A stretch of 54,692 bases of DNA, taken from the IMG/VR virus record IMGVR_UViG_3300011008_000078; one strand, written 5' to 3'. A model generated the notes under the pieces. The model saw only the letters and a program-made list of their open reading frames with translations. It was not told the DNA's origin and did no database searches. The DNA is from a virus. Within the stretch, counting starts at the first letter, position 1. Every line of letters begins with the position of its first letter. Made by a program: the position numbers and the translations under genes. Of this stretch, positions 20,421-29,110 are shown piece after piece.

Positions 20421-20939
20421 TTATTCTTTTTCAATTAATTTATCATATTTTTGAATAAATTCATTTAATGATATTTCAATAATTGATTGTAACTTAACAT
20501 ATCCACCATTGTTAAGTTTAATATATGGTTCTTTTAATAATGTATTAATATCTTTTTCAGTATATACATATTGATTTTCTATATTATTACTATATGTAGT
20601 TGGATTAACTGATTTTATTTTATAAAAATGATATTTAATACCACAATTAGTTAAATATTTTTTATTTGATTCTATTCTAATATTAGTTTGTTTAATATTT
20701 TCTTTTACTAAAATTGTAATATTATTAATACATATTAAAATAATTGGTACAAATATTATTGGAATTGAATATTTTTCATACCATTTAAATACTATAAAAC
20801 ATATATTATCAAATTTCTCCCATATATTAAGATTATGTATAATATGAAATAATATACAATCAATAACTTTTAATATTATAAATAATAATGATAATAATAT
20901 AAATCCACTTAAACAAAACCACCAACTAATATAAAACAT
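20421..20939 (-). CDS. Membrane protein
   Basis: Two hydrophobic segments. Confidence 0.5.
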   Translation of the reverse strand: MFYISWWFCLSGFILLSLLFIILKVIDCILFHIIHNLNIWEKFDNICFIVFKWYEKYSIPIIFVPIILICINNITILVKENIKQTNIRIESNKKYLTNCGIKYHFYKIKSVNPTTYSNNIENQYVYTEKDINTLLKEPYIKLNNGGYVKLQSIIEISLNEFIQKYDKLIEKE

Positions 20940-20941
20940 AA

Positions 20942-21535
20942 TTAATTCTCCTTATTAAAAATTTCAACATCAATTTGATTGGACTTCATCATTAACATTG
21001 CAGCGTCATGTGCTTCTTTAGAAGTTCCAGCACAACAATCTTGATAACAAGTAATTTTAAGATTTGGAAATTTAGATCTAAGTAATAAACAATTGGAAAG
21101 AATGCAAATATCACTACAAAGACCAACAATAATTATAGAATCATCAGAATCAATATTATCCCAAAGATACATACTTGCATCTTCAACCATTTGTAAACAA
21201 CCAAAAGTATTTTTAATATATCCTCTAAATGTTCCACAATAATTTTGAATGGCTTTATTTACTTCACTATTTAATTTATGTCCATCTGTACCTTCAATAC
21301 AATGTTTAATAGGTAACATTTTACCTTCTAATGTATCTTCATAATTCGGTTTATTTGGCATATTTGAATTTTCATAATGTGTATCAGTAGTAAACCAAAT
21401 TTGTTGATTATGTTCAAAATTATTAATTAAATTAACAACATTTGGAACAATTTTCTTTGCTTCTTCACTTCCAAGACTTCCATCAATAAAATCATTTTGC
21501 ATATCAATCACAAATAGAATCTTCTTCATTATCAT
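20942..21535 (-). CDS. pncA: Nicotinamidase / isochorismatase-family hydrolase
   Basis: FVIDMQNDFIDGSLG and GLCSDICILSNCLLLR catalytic region. Confidence 0.82.
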   Translation of the reverse strand: MIMKKILFVIDMQNDFIDGSLGSEEAKKIVPNVVNLINNFEHNQQIWFTTDTHYENSNMPNKPNYEDTLEGKMLPIKHCIEGTDGHKLNSEVNKAIQNYCGTFRGYIKNTFGCLQMVEDASMYLWDNIDSDDSIIIVGLCSDICILSNCLLLRSKFPNLKITCYQDCCAGTSKEAHDAAMLMMKSNQIDVEIFNKEN

Positions 21536-21550
21536 TATCCTCCATATTAT

Positions 21551-21694
21551 TTAAATAAAAAAATAAATCAAAATTCCAAAACAAACGAGAAAATAGATAA
21601 AAAGGGTAATTTTTACCATGCCTGCTGCAATTTCATAATCTTCATTTTTAAAATTGTTATCGTTATTGTTATTGTTATTATTATCTATATGCAT
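21551..21694 (-). CDS. Small membrane protein
   Basis: Hand-translated MHIDNNNNNNNNDNNFKNEDYEIAAGMVKITLFIYFLVCFGILIYFFI. Confidence 0.4.
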   Translation of the reverse strand: MHIDNNNNNNNDNNFKNEDYEIAAGMVKITLFIYFLVCFGILIYFFI

Positions 21695-21711
21695 ATTAAT
21701 ACCTTAACTTA

Positions 21712-22155
21712 TTATTGATCTTCAATTTTTCTTTCAATTTGTATGTTATTATTTAAACCTTCTAATTGTTTTACTAAAATTTCTTGATCATGTTTAATAC
21801 ATTGTTGTTCATTTGTTTTTAATAAATTAATATATTTTTGTTCAGTTTCTTTACTAAAATCTGTGGTATAAATTTTATTAATACCCATTTCATATATAAC
21901 TTTATCTAATTCTAATTCTTGCCAATCTGTATAATCATACCACTTACAAAGTTTATATACACCATTAAAGCGTTTTGCTTTTTGATATTCTACAATTTCT
22001 ATTATATACTCTGGTTGTTTAATATTATTAAATTTCCAAACTAATGAAATACATTTAATCTTAATATCGGTATTACAATTTTTTTCATGTTTTTTACATT
22101 CTTTTTCAGTTTCAAAACTCTTACCACAAACTTCACATAAATACATGTTCTTCAT
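21712..22155 (-). CDS. C2H2-like zinc-finger protein
   Basis: YLCEVCGKSFETEKECKKHEKNC. Confidence 0.6.
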   Translation of the reverse strand: MKNMYLCEVCGKSFETEKECKKHEKNCNTDIKIKCISLVWKFNNIKQPEYIIEIVEYQKAKRFNGVYKLCKWYDYTDWQELELDKVIYEMGINKIYTTDFSKETEQKYINLLKTNEQQCIKHDQEILVKQLEGLNNNIQIERKIEDQ

Positions 22156-23129
22156 ATATTATTTTCCTTTTTCCATTCATAAAATTTTTGTATTAAAATA
22201 TTGTTAACTTTTCTAAAAATAAATTGATATTTATGATTAAAATAATATGATGCCGCAAACATTATAATTGGAGCAATATTATTATCATTAGTTAATGAAT
22301 AATTAAAACATAATTCACTATCTTTAAAATTTCCTTTATCTTTTATTTTATCTATAATATAATATATAAATGACAAAATATCAGGGAATTTTTCTTTATA
22401 AAATTTTAAATAAGTTTTCCACAAACCTATAATTAAATCATCTATATGTGGTAAAAATTCATTACCACTGAAATAATAATTTAGTTGATCATATGTAACA
22501 TTTAATTCTTCTAATCTTTTAAATCTATCAAAGGTTTGTATATATTTTATTTTATTCTCATCAAATTCAAAATCTTTAGTTATTCTAATATTACAAATAG
22601 TTTGAATAAAATGACTTAATTCATGATATATAGTTGATATTACATTCGTTCCTTTTTCATTAATTACACATAATGCTTTATCTTCATAATAATTAAAAAA
22701 TCCATCTAAATCTTTACATATAGTATTAAAATAGTTATAAGCTAATTTAAATTCTTCATTATTTTCAGGTAATATATTAAAAGATTTAAAAATAAAACTA
22801 CTTATTTCATTATTATTAGTAAAATCAAAAATAGTAAAATATAAATTAGTACCATTAATATTTTTAATATTACTATAATGTTTACTATTCTTCATCAAAT
22901 CTTTAATTTTTTCAAATTCAATTATTTTATTTTGATGATCATAACAATAATTAAATAATTCAGTTGGTATATCAATTAATAAATTTTTATCTTCTGTAAT
23001 TATTTTTCCATCTTTAAACTTTACTGCAGTATCAATAAAATTTTTAAATTTATCTAAATTAAATGGTAATTCTCCAGTTTTTCCTTCATAAAACATATGT
23101 AAATATATTTCATTAAACTTATTTTTCAT
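22152..23129 (-). CDS. Putative zinc metallopeptidase-like protein (HELSH)
   Basis: NVISTIYHELSHFIQTI; layout resembles 4941..5918. Confidence 0.5.
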   Translation of the reverse strand: MKNKFNEIYLHMFYEGKTGELPFNLDKFKNFIDTAVKFKDGKIITEDKNLLIDIPTELFNYCYDHQNKIIEFEKIKDLMKNSKHYSNIKNINGTNLYFTIFDFTNNNEISSFIFKSFNILPENNEEFKLAYNYFNTICKDLDGFFNYYEDKALCVINEKGTNVISTIYHELSHFIQTICNIRITKDFEFDENKIKYIQTFDRFKRLEELNVTYDQLNYYFSGNEFLPHIDDLIIGLWKTYLKFYKEKFPDILSFIYYIIDKIKDKGNFKDSELCFNYSLTNDNNIAPIIMFAASYYFNHKYQFIFRKVNNILIQKFYEWKKENNI

Positions 23130-23173
23130 AAATTATTTCCTTAAAAATATTAAATATTATATTTAATATAATT

Positions 23174-23980
23174 TTAAAAATGCATATTTACTTTCTTTAT
23201 ATTGTTATGAGAAATTAAAACATAATTAGTATATGGATTAAGATTAAATACATGATTTTTTATATCATTTACATTTACTTCATAATATCCTTTAACTTTA
23301 TTATATGGAAATTTAGAATCATATTTTTGAAATCTAAGTATGTTGTAATTAGATAAAGTTGAAATATCAATAGAATAATTTTGAAATTTATTCCAATATT
23401 TCATTCTAGTATCTTTATTAACCGTAATTATTGGAGAAATTTTATTTAACTCAGCATTAACTAATTTATTTTCATTTAAATCATAAAAATCAATTATATT
23501 AGCTTTTGGAATAGAATATACCGCAATTTTTCCAGTATAATTAACCTTAGACTCTAATACAAAATAATCATTAATATCACAATACATTAAAATATCTTTT
23601 GAATCAATAACAGCTAATTTTCCAGTAGGTTTTAAATCATTATCAATTTCAACATATACAATTTTACCTGATCTTGATTTACACTGACAATATTTCCAAT
23701 ATTTAGATGCTAATACATTAAATTTTTTTACTATAGGATTAAATAATCCATTCTTTAATCTTACTGTTTCTACTTCAACAAAAGTTAAATCTTGCATTGG
23801 TGTTGAAGGAATTAAATCAAAATTATATTTACCTTCAATAAATGTTTTCCTTGTTCCATCAGGCATTGCAAAGAATGAATTCGGAGTATCAATTAATTCA
23901 ATATTGAACTTATTTTTAAAAAATTCTTTTACATATGATCTATAAATAGAATCATCATAATTAACTACTAATTTTTCCAT
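23174..23980 (-). CDS. Hypothetical protein
   Basis: 268 aa ORF. Confidence 0.5.
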   Translation of the reverse strand: MEKLVVNYDDSIYRSYVKEFFKNKFNIELIDTPNSFFAMPDGTRKTFIEGKYNFDLIPSTPMQDLTFVEVETVRLKNGLFNPIVKKFNVLASKYWKYCQCKSRSGKIVYVEIDNDLKPTGKLAVIDSKDILMYCDINDYFVLESKVNYTGKIAVYSIPKANIIDFYDLNENKLVNAELNKISPIITVNKDTRMKYWNKFQNYSIDISTLSNYNILRFQKYDSKFPYNKVKGYYEVNVNDIKNHVFNLNPYTNYVLISHNNIKKVNMHF

Positions 23981-24024
23981 ATATTAATTGTCTTTTCCAT
24001 TTATATATTGTTTCTTTCTCTTAA

Positions 24025-24065
24025 TATATATTAATAATATAATAGAAATATTAAATATATAAACA
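24025..24065. promoter_or_regulatory. Recurrent AT-rich promoter-like element (copy 2)
   Basis: atattaataatataatagaaatattaaatatataaac upstream of minus gene starting 23980. Confidence 0.35.
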
Positions 24066-24123
24066 AAAATAAATTATTTGAATTTTTTCTTATATAAGGT
24101 TAATCAGGTATTATATACAATAA

Positions 24124-24150
24124 AATGTTCAAATAACATATTTGAACATT
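24124..24150 (-). terminator. Terminator-like hairpin downstream of the tRNA cluster
   Basis: AATGTTCAAA-taacata-TTTGAACATT perfect 10-bp stem, T-rich on the minus strand afterwards. Confidence 0.65.
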
Positions 24151-24164
24151 ATTTTATTTATTAA

Positions 24165-24250
24165 TGGTAGGGCCGGTGGGACTCGAACCCACAATCCTCA
24201 AGGGCACTTGATTTTAAGTCAAGTTTGTATTCCAATTCCAACACGACCCC
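24165..24250 (-). tRNA. tRNA-Leu(UAA)
   Basis: Acceptor GGGGTCG/CGGCCCT, anticodon loop CTTAAAA, long variable arm, encoded CCA. Confidence 0.9.
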
Positions 24251-24494
24251 ATATTTAATTTTTTAAACAAGATACATCTTTAAGTATTCTATAACAAATA
24301 GATTATTTAAATTAATTTGCTGCATTGTATCTTTTATATTATATATTATAATATTTTTTTAATAAAAATAAATATATTAATTTGCATTTATGATTTTTTT
24401 ATATTTTTTATAATCCAAATCCATAAATAAAATTTTACAATAAAGTTAAGTTATAGCCTAATAACAGGTTTAATAAACAAAAATGAAGCTGATG

Positions 24495-24566
24495 AGCAGA
24501 TGATCAGAATCAAACTGATAACTTATTCATTACTAATGAATTGCTCTACCATTGAACTGCATAGGC
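24495..24566 (-). tRNA. tRNA-like element, apparent anticodon AGU, degenerate
   Basis: Anticodon stem ATTCA/TGAAT with loop TTAGTAA; acceptor GCCTATG vs CATCTGC has two mismatches, T-loop TTTGATT, no encoded CCA. Confidence 0.5.
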
Positions 24567-24602
24567 TTATATATTATATAATAATATTATTTATTTTTTA
24601 AA

Positions 24603-24692
24603 TGGCGGAGGCAGGGTGTCTCGAAAACCCACACGTTTTACCGCTACTGGAAGTTTAGCAAACTTCTCCCTTGCCTTTAGGGTTATGCCTCC
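24603..24692 (-). tRNA. tRNA-Ser(GCU)
   Basis: Acceptor GGAGGCA/TGCCTCC, anticodon loop TTGCTAA, long variable arm, T-loop TTCGAGA, encoded CCA. Confidence 0.88.
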
Positions 24693-24701
24693 ATATAAAT
24701 T

Positions 24702-24790
24702 TGGCTGAGGGTAAGAGATTTGAACTCTTGTGGCTTTTACACCTCACCGACTTCCAATCGGGACCGTTTAACCAACTCCGGCAACCCTCA
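24702..24790 (-). tRNA. tRNA-Ser(GGA)
   Basis: Acceptor TGAGGGT/ACCCTCA, anticodon loop TTGGAAG, long variable arm, encoded CCA. Confidence 0.82.
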
Positions 24791-24800
24791 ATATTCAAAA

Positions 24801-24877
24801 TGGCGCCTCGGAGAGGATTTGAACCTCCAACAACTTCACCCTATGTGAAGTGCGTCTATTTATTGCGCCACCGAGGC
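24801..24877 (-). tRNA. Noncanonical tRNA, central loop triplet UAG, no U33 and no G18G19
   Basis: Acceptor GCCTCGG/CCGAGGC perfect, anticodon arm CTTCA-CATAGGG-TGAAG, D-loop CAATAAATAGA, T-loop TTCAAAT, encoded CCA. Confidence 0.6.
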
Positions 24878-24881
24878 TTGA

Positions 24882-24991
24882 TGGAGTAGATGGGACTTGA
24901 ACCCACATGCCCGCTTAACTTAATAAGACTTACAAGCTATCTTGGTCACATGTACCAAGTCAGTCACTAGACCTACTTGACATACTACCAC
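24882..24991 (-). tRNA. Oversized (about 110 nt) tRNA-like RNA
   Basis: T-arm GTGGG-TTCAAGT-CCCAT, acceptor GTGGTAG/CTACTCC with one mismatch, D-arm-like GTCA..TGAC, hairpin CTTGGT-ACATGTG-ACCAAG and extra arm GCTTG...TAAGC; 3' ATCA not CCA. Confidence 0.5.
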
Positions 24992-25010
24992 AATATTTAA
25001 TTTTATAAAA

Positions 25011-25091
25011 TGGTGCCTGTGGCAGGATTCAAACCTACACATACCACCACTCTACGCAGTGGGCCTCTATCAATTGGGCTACACAAGGCAC
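25011..25091 (-). tRNA. Noncanonical tRNA with irregular anticodon loop
   Basis: T-arm GTAGG-TTTGAAT-CCTGC, encoded CCA, D-loop CAATTGATAGA, anticodon hairpin CCACT-GCGTAG-AGTGG (6-nt loop) or CCAC-TGCGTAGA-GTGG (8-nt loop). Confidence 0.55.
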
Positions 25092-25102
25092 AATATTTAA
25101 AA

Positions 25103-25192
25103 TGGCGGAGAGGGCGGATCTCGAAACCGCACGGCTTTTACACTTACTGGTAGTTTTCGAAACTACTCCCTTGCCTTTAGGGTTACCTCTCC
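25103..25192 (-). tRNA. tRNA-Ser(CGA)
   Basis: Acceptor GGAGAGG/CCTCTCC, anticodon loop TTCGAAA, long variable arm, encoded CCA. Confidence 0.88.
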
Positions 25193-25193
25193 A

Positions 25194-25272
25194 TGGTCCG
25201 TGTAGCAAGATTTGAACTTGCGACCTCATGCTCCCAAAGCACGCGACTTAGACCAGACTAGCCTATACACGG
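25194..25272 (-). tRNA. tRNA-Pro(UGG)
   Basis: Acceptor CCGTGTA/TACACGG, anticodon arm CGTGC-TTTGGGA-GCATG, T-arm GCAAG-TTCAAAT-CTTGC, encoded CCA. Confidence 0.9.
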
Positions 25273-25283
25273 ATATTCAATTT

Positions 25284-25814
25284 TCATTTTAAATAAAACT
25301 GTTTCCAGTTCTTTTCAAAATAATCATTCTTTTCAATACATTTTTGTTTCAAAAAGTCTTCTGAAAATTTATCAGTAGAATGTATAATCCTATGACAATT
25401 TGGACAAACATATATTAAATTTGAATGATCATCAGTTCCTTTTTTTGAACGATATATTATATGATGTGTATCTAATGTAGCTTCATTCCAACCACATATA
25501 AAACATCCTAATTTCATTCTTTTCAAAATTTTACTTCTAGTTCTTGAACTGAGTTCAAATACTGATTTTATCTCTTCTATATTTTTATTATGTGGTCTTT
25601 TAGATTTACATTCTTCACAATGAATTAATCTTCCAAACTTTTTCCTATGATTTAATTCAAATTTTTTACCACATTTTGAACAAGTATATGAATAGATAAT
25701 ATCATCATTTTCAATTCTATATTCAAAATCAACTTTATGATTTTTTATATAATTATCAAGATTCCATAATTTAATTTTTAATTTTGTTTTATTTGATAAA
25801 TGAACGTCTTTCAT
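25284..25814 (-). CDS. HNH endonuclease within the tRNA cluster
   Basis: CFICGWNEATLDTHHIIYRSKKGTDDHSNLIYVCPNCHRIIH. Confidence 0.88.
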   Translation of the reverse strand: MKDVHLSNKTKLKIKLWNLDNYIKNHKVDFEYRIENDDIIYSYTCSKCGKKFELNHRKKFGRLIHCEECKSKRPHNKNIEEIKSVFELSSRTRSKILKRMKLGCFICGWNEATLDTHHIIYRSKKGTDDHSNLIYVCPNCHRIIHSTDKFSEDFLKQKCIEKNDYFEKNWKQFYLK

Positions 25815-25831
25815 TTTTTAATTTCCTATAT

Positions 25832-25920
25832 TGGTGGGAGATGATGGAGTTGAACCATCCGACAGCCGCCCCACAATTTAACGTCAAAGGTTTTACAGAC
25901 CCTCATGAGGAACATCGCCC
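25832..25920 (-). tRNA. tRNA-Tyr(GUA)-like with very short D region
   Basis: Anticodon arm AGGGT-CTGTAAA-ACCTT, long variable arm, T-arm GATGG-TTCAACT-CCATC, acceptor GGGCGAT/ATCTCCC one mismatch, encoded CCA; only about 10 nt between acceptor and anticodon arm. Confidence 0.5.
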
Positions 25921-26200
25921 AAATAATAAAAATTCTGATGTGCTTTTACGCCAAAGTCCTTAAGCAATAAATCTATTACAGTGTTAATTCAACTGACCAC
26001 ATTTTCCCCATTGGTCTGGATCATTGTACATTTGATCGGATTTATAAACTATATACCTTTCGGCTTGGCCTTTATTTATTAATCTCCAAGTCATATGATA
26101 TTCTGTCGCATCTTTCACAGTCCAGTCAGGTGATATTGGACACTCTTTAAATGATGGCTGCCTCTAAGCCCACATTTCAGAATTCATTTTTATTTAATTT
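25921..26200 (-). ncRNA. Candidate structured noncoding RNA containing a 23S rRNA GTPase-associated-centre-like segment
   Basis: No ORF; minus-strand ATGTGGGCTTAGAGGCAGCCATCATTTAAAGAGTG (about 26142..26175) closely matches the recalled E. coli 23S segment AUGUUGGCUUAGAAGCAGCCAUCAUUUAAAGAAAG; local stems GTCCA/TGGAC, CTTGG/CCAAG, GACCA/TGGTC. Confidence 0.5.
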
Positions 26201-26234
26201 TCAATCAGCCAATCTTTTATACATAAAAGATTAT

Positions 26235-26275
26235 AAAAAATCTGGAATTAAATCTCATTAACATTTAATTCCAGA
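26235..26275 (-). terminator. Intrinsic terminator downstream of the structural operon
   Basis: TCTGGAATTAAA/TTTAATTCCAGA perfect 12-bp stem followed on the minus strand by TTTTTT. Confidence 0.75.
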
Positions 26276-26480
26276 TAAATTTTTAACAATATTAATATAT
26301 ACAAAGAATTAAATGTTAATACCTCCTGATGGGTAATAACTTAAACTTGAATATATAGTTGTATACGATTCAAATCTCATAATTCTATTTCCTTTGTATT
26401 TGACAAAATATATTATTATTTATTAATATAATATTATTTATTATTTTTTAAACAAAAAATTAAAAAACTTTAATTAAAAA

Positions 26481-27080
26481 TTAATTTGTTTCCTTATATA
26501 ATTTTCTGAATTCTGTTTGTTGAGCATCAGACATTTTGTTCCAAGCAGAAACTAAAGCTGCTATTTTCTTTTTCTTATCTTCTATACTTGCATTAGATTT
26601 TTTAAAGATTGAAAGAATTTCAGATACTTTAAATCCAGCATACATTTTTTGATATTCTTGACCGATTTTTCCATTACTACCAGTTAATTCAATACGATAA
26701 TCAGCTAAAACATCATTTATTTCATCAGTTATTTTTTCTTCATCCCATGAACTTTTAATTTTAACTACATTTAATTCATTCATCCCTTCAACTGGTTCAT
26801 CTGTATTTGCATCTGTAACTTTAATAAATAATTCTTGACTAGCTCCACCTAAAAATCCACTTTTCATTGGTTGTACACGTATTCTAATATTATAATCACC
26901 TTCTTTTTTACCAACTAAATCTGGATTTTTTTTACCATTATCTAATACTTGTACTAATCGATATGAATTAAAAACTCTATTAAGTTTCTTTTTTAATATT
27001 TTTTCACTTTTAACTCCTTCATTAATTAATTCTGTACTATTAATTAAATCCATTTCATATGATTCTATATATTCTTTCAT
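26481..27080 (-). CDS. Hypothetical (putative virion) protein
   Basis: 199 aa ORF at distal end of structural operon. Confidence 0.5.
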   Translation of the reverse strand: MKEYIESYEMDLINSTELINEGVKSEKILKKKLNRVFNSYRLVQVLDNGKKNPDLVGKKEGDYNIRIRVQPMKSGFLGGASQELFIKVTDANTDEPVEGMNELNVVKIKSSWDEEKITDEINDVLADYRIELTGSNGKIGQEYQKMYAGFKVSEILSIFKKSNASIEDKKKKIAALVSAWNKMSDAQQTEFRKLYKETN

Positions 27081-27088
27081 AATATAAA

Positions 27089-27514
27089 TTAATCCTTTTT
27101 ATTTTTTAATGATTGTAAATATTTAAAAACTTTATTATCTTTATTAAATTTTCCATAAAATTCAATTACTGCTTCTTTTTCTTCATCTGATAAATTCTTA
27201 AATCCATCTTGAATTACTTTTTGATCTATGTCTTTTGAAAGTTCTATAGATAAAGCACCAGATTTTAGTTGTTCCAGTTTTTTCTTTAATAAACTTAATT
27301 TTTCTTTACAATATTTTTCAGATACTGGTTCATTTGTCTTCTTATTAATAATTGGTTCTTCACCAGATACTGCTTTTTCCCAACGTTCAATTATTGGTTC
27401 AAGTTCTTTAGGATCAGTAATTGCTTCTTCTTTTTTATTTAATGTAGTAGCTTCAGTAATTATCTTATTATTTGGTTTTACTTTATTACTAATAATTTTT
27501 TTTGTATTTAACAT
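27089..27514 (-). CDS. Hypothetical protein
   Basis: 141 aa ORF. Confidence 0.5.
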   Translation of the reverse strand: MLNTKKIISNKVKPNNKIITEATTLNKKEEAITDPKELEPIIERWEKAVSGEEPIINKKTNEPVSEKYCKEKLSLLKKKLEQLKSGALSIELSKDIDQKVIQDGFKNLSDEEKEAVIEFYGKFNKDNKVFKYLQSLKNKKD

Positions 27515-27552
27515 AATAAATATTACCTATAAATTCAATTTTATAATAATAT

Positions 27553-28278
27553 TTATTCTTTTTCTTTTCTAAAACTAGTTTTTAAATCATATCCATGCTG
27601 TACAATTTTATCTTTATTACTTATATCTTTCATTGTATTATTTTTACTATCATCCCAAAGATATAATTCAATATCTTGATAAATTTGCTCTTTTTTAACT
27701 TTAAATAAATGTTCAATTCTATATAATGGAAAATTCACCCAAATGTTATAAGTATCTGCATTATTCCAATAATATGTAGGTTTATATTTAAGCATATCAA
27801 CATTTCTAATAGTATTATCAAAAATCAAAAACCAGCAAGGCTGATTTCTAACTTTATTATCAGTATTAATAGTTAAATTTGATATTATATTATTATTAAT
27901 AAATTTATTTAATTTATTATTAATATCTAACTGATCTTTTTCATTATATTCATCAATTTTTATTTGTAAAATATTATTAATATTAAAAATATTAATTTTT
28001 ACTGGTATATCTAATTTATGATTTGGTATAAATATAAATTTACCATAAATCTCTAAATGATTAATATTTTCATATTTTATAAAATAGTCTAATTTATTTA
28101 AAAATGTATCTTTAATATCTGCAATTTCAGAATAAAAATATTGTCTATCATTAAATTTATTAATATGATCATATGTACTTTGAATATAATATGCTGAACT
28201 ATTTCTAACAAATACATTATCTGATTCATAATCATTTAAATAATCAATACAATCATAAAATTTAGATATAATTTTCAT
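27553..28278 (-). CDS. Hypothetical protein
   Basis: 241 aa ORF. Confidence 0.5.
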   Translation of the reverse strand: MKIISKFYDCIDYLNDYESDNVFVRNSSAYYIQSTYDHINKFNDRQYFYSEIADIKDTFLNKLDYFIKYENINHLEIYGKFIFIPNHKLDIPVKINIFNINNILQIKIDEYNEKDQLDINNKLNKFINNNIISNLTINTDNKVRNQPCWFLIFDNTIRNVDMLKYKPTYYWNNADTYNIWVNFPLYRIEHLFKVKKEQIYQDIELYLWDDSKNNTMKDISNKDKIVQHGYDLKTSFRKEKE

Positions 28279-28365
28279 TTATTAAATCCTTTTATTTAAC
28301 TAAAAAAGGATAATATTAAAATATTATCCTTATATATTATTAAATATAATATTTTTAATTATTTT

Positions 28366-28983
28366 TTAAATAAGTTTCTTTTTATTTTTTCTTTGTTGAA
28401 TACTTTCATAAATTTCATTATATTTAAAATAAATATTTGCTTTATCTTGATTAAAGGTACCATCTTTATCAAATAACTCATTAAATGGAACTATATTTAT
28501 TTTATCAGAACAATTACCAAGTGTAGATTTTACTTTTTCTGCTTCATTAATTCCATGGAATATATTAGCTAAATTTGGATTTTCTGTTAATTTAGTAATT
28601 GGTGAACTTACATATTTCTTTCCACACATAACAACATATTTTTCTGGTTCTAACCCATCATCAGTTATTACATTATCTGTATCAGTTGGCATTTCAACTG
28701 CAGATTCTTCATCAATATCTTCATCATCATCTGGTAAATTTTCAATTTCATCAGCAGCATATGTTAAATCTTCTGCCAAATTTCTAATATAATCAGCTAA
28801 AGCTGCATGTGTTTTAGCATTTGTATATGCACCCTTTACACAATTTTTTATTTCATATATAAATGATTCTAAATTAGATATTACCTCATTTAAAGTTTCT
28901 TTTACATCATCATTCCAGCCATCATCGCCAAAAGATTCAGTTATTATTTTTTTATAATTTTCTGTGATTATATTTCTTTTCAT
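28366..28983 (-). CDS. Hypothetical protein
   Basis: 205 aa ORF. Confidence 0.5.
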   Translation of the reverse strand: MKRNIITENYKKIITESFGDDGWNDDVKETLNEVISNLESFIYEIKNCVKGAYTNAKTHAALADYIRNLAEDLTYAADEIENLPDDDEDIDEESAVEMPTDTDNVITDDGLEPEKYVVMCGKKYVSSPITKLTENPNLANIFHGINEAEKVKSTLGNCSDKINIVPFNELFDKDGTFNQDKANIYFKYNEIYESIQQRKNKKKLI

Positions 28984-29110
28984 ATAGTTAACTCCTAAAA
29001 TATTATTATATTTTATATGTATTTTATATATATTTATTAAAAAATATGCTTTATAAAACTTGTTTATAAAGCAAAAGCATTAAAATGTTATCTTAAACTA
29101 TTTTTATTAT

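Noticed and set aside
24671-25229. ORFs 24671..24889 (+) and 25035..25229 (-)
   Set aside because: They lie across tRNA genes; typical spurious tRNA-derived peptides.
24165-25920. A tRNA with an expanded NCCG anticodon decoding CGGN
   Set aside because: None of the visible anticodon loops contains CCG in a plausible position; such a tRNA, if it exists, is not recognisable in this window.
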